DNA of 64,000 nt from Stellaceae bacterium. Lineage in GTDB: Bacteria > Pseudomonadota > Alphaproteobacteria > ATCC43930 > CGMCC-115725. The DNA lies in NCBI GenBank assembly GCA_036008325.1, contig DASYNW010000199.1, forward strand, positions 607 through 64,606, in the 5' to 3' direction. A model generated the notes under the pieces. It was not told the origin of the DNA. It worked only from the letters and a program-made list of their open reading frames with translations, and made no database searches. Every line of letters begins with the position of its first letter. The stretch's first letter is position 1. Shown here one piece after another: positions 32,595 to 40,541 of this stretch. The position numbers and the translations under genes are program-made.

Positions 32595-33905
32595 TTACTC
32601 GGCGGCTTGGGCGAGCGGGCGCAGCGCGGCGCGGGTCTGCGCTTCGTAGGCCTCGCGCCAGCCGATCTTTTCGTTGGCGAGGAAATCGCCGCTGCGCACG
32701 TTGACATAGAGATCGGGGTCGTCGACCCCGGGCGGCACCGCGCCGTCCTTCTTGAGCGCGCGGGCGGCGCGTAAGAGGCGGCGGCGGGTGCGGGTGATCA
32801 TCCGGTCGCTCGGCCCCAGATGCTCGAAATCGTGGTCGGTGATCGGACCCATGCTCTCGGTCACTGCCTGATCCTGTGCCTGGATGCCGGTGATGCCGGT
32901 ATAGATGCCGCCGTCCTTCTGCGCCTGGCGGTCGATCAGCCAATCGTTGGCCCCATTTCCGGCGAGCCGCCAGCGGCCGTACCAGTCGCTGGTGTTCGGC
33001 ACGAAATCCATCGTCAGCTTGGAGCCGGGGAGCACCCGGCTGTTGCTGAGCGCCGCGCGCGCGGCCGGCAGCCCCTTCCAGGACAGGCTGACGAACATCG
33101 TATGGGTGTCGTCCATCGGGACCCAGCCGCGGCTGTTGACCCGGTCGAACGCGCCCTGCGGCGTCTGCGTCCAGAACGGGAACAGGAAATTGGCGAACCG
33201 CCAATAAGTCTGGCCTGCCATGGCCGGCCGGTAGGCGGCGTACATCGTGCCCCAATCGGTGTCGGTCACGTGATATTCGGGGGCGCGGTTGGCCACCGTC
33301 CAGCGGATCAGATTGTCCTCGGGCACATTCTCGGGGTCGACCGAGCCCGCGTGCAGAAAGCCGAAATGCGAGGTGTCGATGTCGCCTTCGAGCGCCTGCA
33401 ACCAATTGCATTCGCGCTGGGCGAAGGTGATCTGCAATTCGGTTTCGGGCAGCAGCGAGGCTTCGATCCCGGGCAATGGCGGGGCCTCGGCGCGCTCGCC
33501 CATATAGACCCAGACGAGACCGTTGCGCTCGGCGACCTTGTAGGCCTTGGCCTTGACCTTTTCCTTGTAGTCCTGATGCGGCGGCGCGTTCGGCATGTCG
33601 ACGCAATTGCCGGCGGCGTCGAACTTCCAGCCGTGATAGACGCAGCGGAGGCCGCCTTCCTCGTTGCGGCCGAGAAACAACGAGGCACAGCGGTGCGGGC
33701 AACGGTGGTCCATGACGCCGACCCGGCCGGAGCTGTCGCGAAAGGCGATCAGCCGCTCGCCGAGCAGAAGGAGGCGCATCGGGGCGCCGTCGCGCTCCAA
33801 TTCCGACGACATCGCCGCCGGCAGCCAATAGTGCCGCATCAGCCCGCCCATTGCGGTGCCTGAGCCGACCCGAATCAGATCCTCGCGGTCCTTCGATTTG
33901 CTCAT
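32595..33905 (-). CDS. Rieske [2Fe-2S] aromatic-ring-hydroxylating oxygenase, alpha subunit (phthalate-dioxygenase-like class)
   Basis: Rieske motif CPHRCASL...CVYHGWKF, and a mononuclear-iron region EGDIDTSHFGFLH. Start ATG 33905, preceded by GAGG. Confidence 0.9.
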   Translation of the reverse strand: MSKSKDREDLIRVGSGTAMGGLMRHYWLPAAMSSELERDGAPMRLLLLGERLIAFRDSSGRVGVMDHRCPHRCASLFLGRNEEGGLRCVYHGWKFDAAGNCVDMPNAPPHQDYKEKVKAKAYKVAERNGLVWVYMGERAEAPPLPGIEASLLPETELQITFAQRECNWLQALEGDIDTSHFGFLHAGSVDPENVPEDNLIRWTVANRAPEYHVTDTDWGTMYAAYRPAMAGQTYWRFANFLFPFWTQTPQGAFDRVNSRGWVPMDDTHTMFVSLSWKGLPAARAALSNSRVLPGSKLTMDFVPNTSDWYGRWRLAGNGANDWLIDRQAQKDGGIYTGITGIQAQDQAVTESMGPITDHDFEHLGPSDRMITRTRRRLLRAARALKKDGAVPPGVDDPDLYVNVRSGDFLANEKIGWREAYEAQTRAALRPLAQAAE

Positions 33906-33912
33906 CGCGACC

Positions 33913-34899
33913 TCACGACCAGAGGGCAAAACCGAGCCCGGTGCCGGACCCGGCCGGGGTGCGGTAGCCCGGCACGTAATGCGACCATGTCATATCGAGG
34001 CGCTCGACGGCGCCGCCGACCGCGATCCACATGCGGATTTCCGAGCTGCCGGAATTGAGCTTCTTGCGCGGCAATGATTGCAGGGCCTCGCCGTCTTTGC
34101 GCTTGAGCGCATCGATGACGCCGCGATCCAATTCCTCATCGACGACGAAATGGCTGAGCCCGCCCGAGCCGACGATGCCGATGCGCGCGTCGCCCGGCCA
34201 GCTCTCGACCGCGTCGCGGATCGCCTGGCCGAGCTTCCAGCAGCGGCGTGGTGTCGGCTGGTTCGGCGGGTAATAGGTATTGAGGAACACCGGCACGACC
34301 GGCAGGTCGGGGTTTTCCATCAGCCGCTTGCGAACGAACGCGTGAGCGTGGCCTTCACCATGCCCTGGCGGAAGCCCGTTCGATGTGGCGATGTCGAACT
34401 CGCGGTCGATCAATTCGCCGGTCAGGTGCAGCGCCAACCGAGCATCGACCGGGTAGTCGCGCGGCTCCTTCTCCTCGTAATAGCGTGCGGTGGCGAGCCG
34501 CGACCATTCCGGGCCCTTGAAGTTGGGCGAGAGCGGCACGTTGCGGATCGTGTCGCCGTAATAGACGAGGATCGACGGCAGGTGATCCTCGTAGAACAGC
34601 TCCTTCTGATCGTCGCCGACGACGATCAGCGCATCGAGCTCGGCGCGGCGGATTGCGCGCTTCAACTCTTCGATCGCCGTCTGGGCCGCGTCGTGGCGGG
34701 CCGCGAAGCGCTGCGGCGTCAATTCCGGCAGCGCCCTGGGATCAGCACGGCCCAACAATTCCGCGTAGGTGGCCGGGTCGCCCTCCTTGTCGAGGAATTC
34801 GCGGACCCCGTCGCGGTCGATGAAGCTTGGCCAATCCTTGGCCGGGGTGTTGAGCATCGGGGTGTGCGAGGTGGCAATCCCGAGGACGATCCTGGCCAT
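33913..34899 (-). CDS. Class III extradiol ring-cleavage dioxygenase (LigB family)
   Basis: IVLGIATSHTPML, LIVVGDDQKE, GHGEGHAHAF and GSGGLSH resemble protocatechuate 4,5-/gallate-dioxygenase-like enzymes. AGGAG lies upstream of ATG 34899. Its stop is 7 nt upstream of the Rieske gene start. Confidence 0.85.
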   Translation of the reverse strand: MARIVLGIATSHTPMLNTPAKDWPSFIDRDGVREFLDKEGDPATYAELLGRADPRALPELTPQRFAARHDAAQTAIEELKRAIRRAELDALIVVGDDQKELFYEDHLPSILVYYGDTIRNVPLSPNFKGPEWSRLATARYYEEKEPRDYPVDARLALHLTGELIDREFDIATSNGLPPGHGEGHAHAFVRKRLMENPDLPVVPVFLNTYYPPNQPTPRRCWKLGQAIRDAVESWPGDARIGIVGSGGLSHFVVDEELDRGVIDALKRKDGEALQSLPRKKLNSGSSEIRMWIAVGGAVERLDMTWSHYVPGYRTPAGSGTGLGFALWS

Positions 34900-35084
34900 G
34901 CCGTCTGCTCCTGCCGCGTGTCGCGGGCATCGTGAGGCAGCTCCGAGCGTATAGTCGAGCGCAGGCGCCCGTCAACCTGGGAGGTGTTTTGAGGCAGGAT
35001 CGGCGAACCCGATCGTCGCCTTTGTCTCGACGCGATCATGATCCTATAACTTGGCCGAGGCGGGATCGGCGGGGCCGGGGAACC

Positions 35085-35444
35085 ATGCGCAAGCCGGTGC
35101 TGTGGACTGGGGTGATTGGCGGCGCGTTCGTCGGTGCGTGCAGCCGGGTCATGGGGTTGGCCTTTGGCAAGACGATCGCATTTACCTATGCCGTGATCGT
35201 CAGCGTCATCGCCAACGTCGTGTTCGATTTCGTCCGCGAGCCGCCGCACAGCCAGATGCCGCAACCGCTCACGCCAGCGGCGGTCGCCATCACCGATGGC
35301 GCGCCCGCGGCCGGAGCATCCTTGCCGGCACCGGCTATGACCACAAGGGCGCCGGTAGCGGTGCCACAATCCTCCGTCCGGCCAGCCGCGCCGCCGCCGG
35401 CCGGCAATTCGCGGCCGGGACCGGGCAGCGGCGGCCTCTACTGA
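35085..35444 (+). CDS. Hypothetical small membrane protein with a P/A-rich tail
   Basis: MRKPVLWTGVIGGAFVGACSRVMGLAFGKTIAFTYAVIVSVIANVVFDF gives two predicted TM helices. Third codon positions are GC-rich. It ends 13 nt before the M20 peptidase start. Confidence 0.45.
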   Translation: MRKPVLWTGVIGGAFVGACSRVMGLAFGKTIAFTYAVIVSVIANVVFDFVREPPHSQMPQPLTPAAVAITDGAPAAGASLPAPAMTTRAPVAVPQSSVRPAAPPPAGNSRPGPGSGGLY

Positions 35445-35457
35445 CCAGGATTTGCCA

Positions 35458-36900
35458 ATGATCGACATCGCCAAGGCGAGCCGATACATCGATCGATGCT
35501 GGGACGGCGAGATCGTCCCGGCCTTGGTCGAATACATCAGGATCCCGAACAAATCGCCGGCCTTCGACCCCGATTGGGCGGCACACGGCCATATGGACGA
35601 GGCGGTCGATCTGTTCGAGCGCTGGGCGCGGGCGCGGCTGTCCTCGCTTCCCGGCGCCACCCTCGAAACCGTCCGGCTGCGCGGGCGCACCCCGGTCATG
35701 ATCATCGACGTGCCCGGCGCGGGCGGGCCGGGCGCCAGCGCCGACACCGTGCTGCTCTACGGGCATCTCGACAAGCAGCCGGAGATGATGGGCTGGACCG
35801 ACGGCTACGGCCCGTGGACCCCGCGTCTCGAAGGCGACAAGCTCTATGGCCGCGGCGGCGCCGATGACGGCTATGCGATGTTCGGCGCCTTGAGCGCGCT
35901 GTTGGCCCTGCGCGAGCAGGAAGTTCCGCACGCGCGCTGCGTGATCTTGATCGAGGCCTGCGAGGAATCCGGCAGCCCCGATCTTCCTTTCTACGTCGAT
36001 CATCTGGCGGCCCGCCTTGGCAGCCCATCCCTGGTCGTCTGCCTCGATTCGGGCTGCGGCAATTACGATCAATTGTGGCTGACGACCTCCTTGCGCGGCA
36101 TGACCGCGGGCACCCTGGAGGTTCGGGTGCTCGACGAGGGGGTGCATTCGGGCGACGCCTCCGGGGTGGTGCCGTCGAGCTTTCGCATCATGCGCCAGCT
36201 GTTGTCGCGGCTCGAGGACGAAGCGACCGGCGCAGTCCAGCCGTCCGAATTCTATGCCCAGATCCCACCGGAGCGGGTGATGCAGGCCCGCACTGCCGCT
36301 GCTTCCTTGGGCGACGCGGTCTATACCAAGTTTCCGTTCGTACCCGGAATGTTGCCGGTGACCGACGAGCCGACCGAGCTGGTGCTGAACCGCACCTGGC
36401 GGCCGCAACTGGCGGTGATCGGCATCGACGGATTGCCAAAGCCGGGCGACGCCGGCAACGTGCTGCTGCCCTATACCGCGGCGCGGCTCAGCCTGCGCCT
36501 GCCGCCGACCTTGGACGCCGAAATGGCCGGCGAGCGGGTGCGCGCATTATTGGAGCAGGCCCCGCCCCGTGGCGCGCAAATCGTGTTCGAAGTCGGCTCG
36601 AGCGCCTCGGGCTGGAACGCGCCGGCGTTGGCTCCGTGGCTCGAAGCCTCCCTGGCGCGGGCCTCGCAGGCGGCGTTCGGCGCGCCGCCTGCCTATATGG
36701 GCGAAGGCGGCAGCATCCCGTTCATGGCGATGCTCGGCGAAAAGTTCCCGCGGGCCCAGTTCGTTGTCACCGGCGTGCTCGGTCCGCATTCCAACGCGCA
36801 CGGCCCCAACGAATTCCTGCACATCCCGACCGGTAAGCGGGTCACGACCGTGATCGCCCAGGTGCTGGCCGACCATTACGCCCGGCCCGAGGCAAGATAG
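35458..36900 (+). CDS. M20/M25/M40-family metallopeptidase (dipeptidase-like)
   Basis: LLYGHLDKQPEM, KLYGRGGADDGYAM and LIEACEESGS motifs are present. ATG 35458 has AGGA 7 nt upstream, while the ORF track starts at TTG 35452. Confidence 0.9.
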   Translation: MIDIAKASRYIDRCWDGEIVPALVEYIRIPNKSPAFDPDWAAHGHMDEAVDLFERWARARLSSLPGATLETVRLRGRTPVMIIDVPGAGGPGASADTVLLYGHLDKQPEMMGWTDGYGPWTPRLEGDKLYGRGGADDGYAMFGALSALLALREQEVPHARCVILIEACEESGSPDLPFYVDHLAARLGSPSLVVCLDSGCGNYDQLWLTTSLRGMTAGTLEVRVLDEGVHSGDASGVVPSSFRIMRQLLSRLEDEATGAVQPSEFYAQIPPERVMQARTAAASLGDAVYTKFPFVPGMLPVTDEPTELVLNRTWRPQLAVIGIDGLPKPGDAGNVLLPYTAARLSLRLPPTLDAEMAGERVRALLEQAPPRGAQIVFEVGSSASGWNAPALAPWLEASLARASQAAFGAPPAYMGEGGSIPFMAMLGEKFPRAQFVVTGVLGPHSNAHGPNEFLHIPTGKRVTTVIAQVLADHYARPEAR

Positions 36901-36982
36901 GGCCGAACCTTTCCCGTTTGGGGATAACACGGCGTTTTCGTCGCCATATGCCCGATCCGGAGCGCGGATGGGCCGATCCCAA

Positions 36983-37189
36983 TCAGGTCCTAAAGCGTCC
37001 ACCCGGAGACTGAACGGTCCGCAGACATTCCGCATAGGTATCCAAAATCCATTTTCGATCGGCACTTTCCGCGAAACCTGGATGGAATTTTTTCGCTTCC
37101 GCCCGGACGATGGTTTGAAACAACGCCATGGCGACGCTCTCCGGGGTGGAAACGCTGGGGGTAACCACGAGCTGAGTCTCATCAAGCAT
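36983..37189 (-). CDS. Hypothetical small protein (68 aa)
   Basis: MLDETQLVVTPSVSTPESVAMALFQTIVRAEAKKF...RKWILDTYAECLRTV. AGGAAG lies 6 nt upstream of ATG 37189. Local GC is lower than in the flanks. I do not recognise a family. Confidence 0.5.
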   Translation of the reverse strand: MLDETQLVVTPSVSTPESVAMALFQTIVRAEAKKFHPGFAESADRKWILDTYAECLRTVQSPGGRFRT

Positions 37190-37266
37190 GGCGTCTTCCT
37201 GGGCTGAGAGTTGAGTTTGTAACCGCAAGCGGCCGACCCCAGCCGCGCAGCCAGGATGGTTGCAAC

Positions 37267-37298
37267 CTTTTCTTCAAGCTGGCTTTTCTTCAAGCTGG
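37267..37298. repeat. Perfect 16-bp tandem duplication (cttttcttcaagctgg x2)
   Basis: Read directly. It spans the last codons and the stop codon of the 85-aa ORF 37274..37531. Confidence 0.9.
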
Positions 37299-37531
37299 CG
37301 CAACCGATCGCCAAAACAGTGCTGCTGCGTCGTCATCGTCCGTAATTGGTCGAGCACGGCTTTGAGTGTATTTTCCTGGCGCACGCCGATTGCGGTCAAT
37401 ACCGTGATGTCGTCACGGATCGTCACGAACTCGGTGCGCATGACGGCCATCTCGACGCGGATCGCGCCTAATTCGTCGAGCGTGCGACGTTGCTGCGCGG
37501 CAAGAAATTCGAGGGTGATCGTTTCAGCCAT
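37274..37531 (-). CDS. Hypothetical small coiled-coil protein (85 aa)
   Basis: MAETITLEFLAAQQRRTLDELGAIRVEMAVMRTEFVTIRDDITVLTAIGVRQENTLKAVLDQLRTM... is heptad-like. The codon pattern is protein-like. I do not recognise a family. Confidence 0.55.
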   Translation of the reverse strand: MAETITLEFLAAQQRRTLDELGAIRVEMAVMRTEFVTIRDDITVLTAIGVRQENTLKAVLDQLRTMTTQQHCFGDRLRQLEEKPA

Positions 37532-37657
37532 CGGCTTTTTTCCTTGCCGAAAGATAGCGCGTCTTCACGGGAGATTGAAGGCCGTGGTTCGGGTCGGCCG
37601 CGCTTGCACACCGTGATAGTCTGCAAAATGGGTTCGAGCTCAGCGGAGGCGCTGGAG

Positions 37658-38047
37658 ATGATCGAGACTTATGAAGGCAGCTGTCATTGCGGGCAGGTGC
37701 GGTTTCGCGTGCGCGCCGATCTGGCGAATTTGCTCGAATGCAACTGCTCGGTCTGTACGAAGAAGGGCATCCTGCATCTGATCGTGCCGCCGGAGGAATT
37801 CGAGCTGCTGCAGGGCGGCGAGGAGCTTGCTACCTATCAGTTCAACACCCACACCGCCCGGCACATTTTTTGCCGGCATTGCGGCATGCACCCGTTCTAT
37901 GTGCCGCGATCGGACCCGGACAAGATCAGCGTCAACGCCCGCTGTCTCGACGCGCTCGATCCGGCGGCGCTGCGGCCGAGCCAGTTCTTCGACGGGCGGA
38001 ATTGGGAGGCGGCGCAGCAGGCCCGGCGCGCGGCCGAGGATAGGTAA
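37658..38047 (+). CDS. GFA-family protein (CENP-V/glutathione-dependent formaldehyde-activating domain)
   Basis: YEGSCHCGQVRFRV...CNCSVCTKKG...FCRHCG is the cysteine pattern of the family. ATG 37658 follows GGAG, and ATG 37628 is an alternative. Confidence 0.85.
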   Translation: MIETYEGSCHCGQVRFRVRADLANLLECNCSVCTKKGILHLIVPPEEFELLQGGEELATYQFNTHTARHIFCRHCGMHPFYVPRSDPDKISVNARCLDALDPAALRPSQFFDGRNWEAAQQARRAAEDR

Positions 38048-38054
38048 AGGCCCC

Positions 38055-40172
38055 TCACCCAGGCCCTCTCCCCGCCTCGCGGGGCGAGGGAGCGACCTGA
38101 ACCGCGGGAGGAGGTCCAGGAGCTAACCTGATCGGCTGGGTCGCCTCGGCGAGCCAGCGGGCCGTGTCGGAATCGACGAGCGGGGTCAGCACTTCGCGGA
38201 CGCGGGCGTGGTAGCGGTCGAGCCAGGCAATCTCGTCGTCGTCGAGCAGTGAGGGATCGACCAGGGTGCGGTCGATCGGGGCCAGGGTCAGGGTTTCGAA
38301 GCCCAGCATCTCGCGCTCGGCCGCACCGTCCGAGGGCTGCACCAGCACCAGATTTTCGATTCGGATGCCGTAGGCGCCGGTCTTGTAATAGCCGGGCTCG
38401 TTCGAGACGATCATGCCGGGTAAGAGCGGCTGGGTGCTCGGCGCCTTCGAGATGCGCTGCGGCCCCTCGTGCACGCCGAGATAGCTGCCGACACCGTGCC
38501 CGGTGCCGTGGTCGTAATCGAGCCCGACCTGCCACAGCCCGCGCCGCGCAAAGGCATCGAGCTGGGTCCCGCTGGTGCCCTTCGGGAACCGCGCCAGGGC
38601 CAGCGCGATGTGGCCCTTGAGCACGCGCGTGAAGCGGTCGCGCATCTCGGCCGAAGGCTCGCCGATCGCTACCGTGCGCGTCACATCGGTGGTGCCGTCG
38701 AGATATTGCGCGCCCGAATCCAACAGATAGAGGGTGCCGGGTTCGAGGTGCTTTTCGGTTTCCGGCATCGCCCGGTAGTGGACGATGGCGCCGTTCGACC
38801 CGGCGCCGGAGATCGTCGGAAAGCTCAGATCGCGGAAATATTCGCCCCCGCGGCGAAAAGCTTCGAGCCGATCGCTGGCGGCGATCTCGGAGAGGCCGCC
38901 CTTCTGCGCCTCTTGCGCCAGCCAGGCGAGAAAGCGGGTCAATGCCGCACCGTCGCGGCGGTGCGCCGCGCGGGTGCCCTCAACCTCGACCCTGTTCTTG
39001 CACGCCTTGGGCAAGGTGCACGGGTCGGCGGCGCGATGGAGCTTGGCCCCGGCTGCTTCGAGCCGGTCGAAAAGCCACGCCGCGGCACTCGCCGGATCGG
39101 CCTGCACCCGGCCACCTTCGCCGGCGAGCGCATCGAGCGCCGGCCCCAGTTGATCGGGCTCGGCCACGGTCACCGCATTACCGAGATGGCGGTCGAGGCC
39201 GGGGGCGAGCTTGCGGTGGTCGACGAACAGGGTGAGCGTGGCATCGCCGCGCAGGATGGCGAAGGACAGCGGCAAAGGCGTGTGCGGCACGTCGCCGCCG
39301 CGGATGTTCAGCAGCCAGGCGATCGATTCGGGCATCGTCAGGATTACCGCCGCGACGCCTTCCTCGGCCAGGGCGCGGGCGAGCCGGGTGCGTTTCGCGT
39401 GCGCGGGCTCGCCGGCAAATTCGTCGGGGTGCGGCACCACCGGGGCCAGGGGCGCGGCCGGCTGACCCGGCCAGACCCGGTCGAGCGGGTTGTCGGCGAC
39501 CGCACGCAAGTTCGCCCCGGCCTTCTCCGCCGCGATGCGGAACCGCTCGACCTCGTGTGGCGTGTGCAGCCACGGGTCGTAGCCGAGCACGGCGCCGGCG
39601 GTCAGGGCGCGGCCGATCCAGTGCTGTGGCGGGTCGTCGACCAGATGGTGGATTTCGAACAGTTTCTCATCGACCTGCTGCGCCGCCTGCAAGGTGTAGC
39701 GGCCGTCGACGAAGAGAGCCGCGCGCTGGCCCACCACCACGGCCAGCCCGGCCGAGCCGGTAAAGCCGGTGAGCCACGCGAGGCGCTGGCCGCGCGGCGG
39801 CACGTACTCGCCCTGATGCTCGTCCGAGCGCGGGACGATGAATCCGTCGAGGCGCCGCGCCGAGAGCTCGTAGCGCAGGCGGGCGAGCCGCTCGGCGGAC
39901 GGCAGGATTGCGAAATCCTCGCGGGCGAGACCGTCGCGATAGCCGGACGCGATCTCGTTGCGCAGCGCTTCGAGCGCCCGGGCCAGGGCCGGCGTCACCG
40001 GGTCGGCAACAAGCATGTGCCAGCTTGCGCCGACCTCCTGCGGAGCGCCGAGGACACCGGCGATCAGCGCTTCGACACCCTGGGGATCGTAGGCCGATTG
40101 CGCCTCGCGCAGCAGTCGCGCGAACTCGCCCCGCTTGGGGGCCGATCCATTCGCCGAGCCGTTCAGGGTCAT
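38055..40172 (-). CDS. pepP: Aminopeptidase P family protein (M24B Xaa-Pro aminopeptidase) with about 85 extra N-terminal residues
   Basis: LDGFIVPRSDEHQGEYVP, LAWLTGFTGSAG, YLLDSGAQYLDGTTDVTRT, DYDHGTGHGVGSYLGVHEG and NEPGYY are present. ATG 40172 is preceded by GAGGAG (705 aa). Confidence 0.9.
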   Translation of the reverse strand: MTLNGSANGSAPKRGEFARLLREAQSAYDPQGVEALIAGVLGAPQEVGASWHMLVADPVTPALARALEALRNEIASGYRDGLAREDFAILPSAERLARLRYELSARRLDGFIVPRSDEHQGEYVPPRGQRLAWLTGFTGSAGLAVVVGQRAALFVDGRYTLQAAQQVDEKLFEIHHLVDDPPQHWIGRALTAGAVLGYDPWLHTPHEVERFRIAAEKAGANLRAVADNPLDRVWPGQPAAPLAPVVPHPDEFAGEPAHAKRTRLARALAEEGVAAVILTMPESIAWLLNIRGGDVPHTPLPLSFAILRGDATLTLFVDHRKLAPGLDRHLGNAVTVAEPDQLGPALDALAGEGGRVQADPASAAAWLFDRLEAAGAKLHRAADPCTLPKACKNRVEVEGTRAAHRRDGAALTRFLAWLAQEAQKGGLSEIAASDRLEAFRRGGEYFRDLSFPTISGAGSNGAIVHYRAMPETEKHLEPGTLYLLDSGAQYLDGTTDVTRTVAIGEPSAEMRDRFTRVLKGHIALALARFPKGTSGTQLDAFARRGLWQVGLDYDHGTGHGVGSYLGVHEGPQRISKAPSTQPLLPGMIVSNEPGYYKTGAYGIRIENLVLVQPSDGAAEREMLGFETLTLAPIDRTLVDPSLLDDDEIAWLDRYHARVREVLTPLVDSDTARWLAEATQPIRLAPGPPPAVQVAPSPREAGRGPG
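38064..38090. repeat. REP-like interrupted palindrome CCCTC-T-CCCCGC-CTC-GCGGGG-C-GAGGG
   Basis: Read directly. It lies within the last 12 codons of the aminopeptidase P ORF, whose stop is only 7 bp from the convergent GFA gene stop. Confidence 0.6.
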
Positions 40173-40307
40173 CGCTTGCTCCTCATCCCGCGCTGCGCAT
40201 GCAATCAGAAACCGGGCATAGCTGAATTGCAACAACGCTCTGGCAGATGCTGCGATGCAACACCAGATTTTGGTGCAGTGCAGCAGAACGATGCACGGGG
40301 AGTATGC

Positions 40308-40541
40308 ATGATGTCGTTTCTCAACCTCTTCATCTCGGCCGGGAAGGCGGTTTCAGCCTGGCGGCGCCAGCAACGCGCTTATGACGAACTGATGGCGCTC
40401 GACGACCGCTCGCTGGCCGATATCGGCATCTGCCGCTCGGAGATCCGAGCGGTGCTGGCAGCCGATCGGAAGGCGGCCCGGTCGGCGACGCCCGCAGCGT
40501 CGCGGAAGCCGGCGGCTTTTGGCCGGCGCAAGGCGGCCTGA
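40308..40541 (+). CDS. DUF1127 domain-containing small protein (77 aa)
   Basis: The C-terminal core WRRQQRAYDELMALDDRSLADIGICRSEI is the DUF1127 signature. GGGGAG lies upstream of ATG 40308. Only the last 77 codons of the long track ORF 38469..40541 are credible. Confidence 0.85.
   Translation: MMSFLNLFISAGKAVSAWRRQQRAYDELMALDDRSLADIGICRSEIRAVLAADRKAARSATPAASRKPAAFGRRKAA

Noticed and set aside
32479-33828. 449-aa alternative-frame ORF within the Rieske oxygenase gene (and 28870..30066 within the amidohydrolase gene)
   Set aside because: They are on the same strand but out of frame with genes that carry clear catalytic motifs, and their translations are R/G/P-rich.
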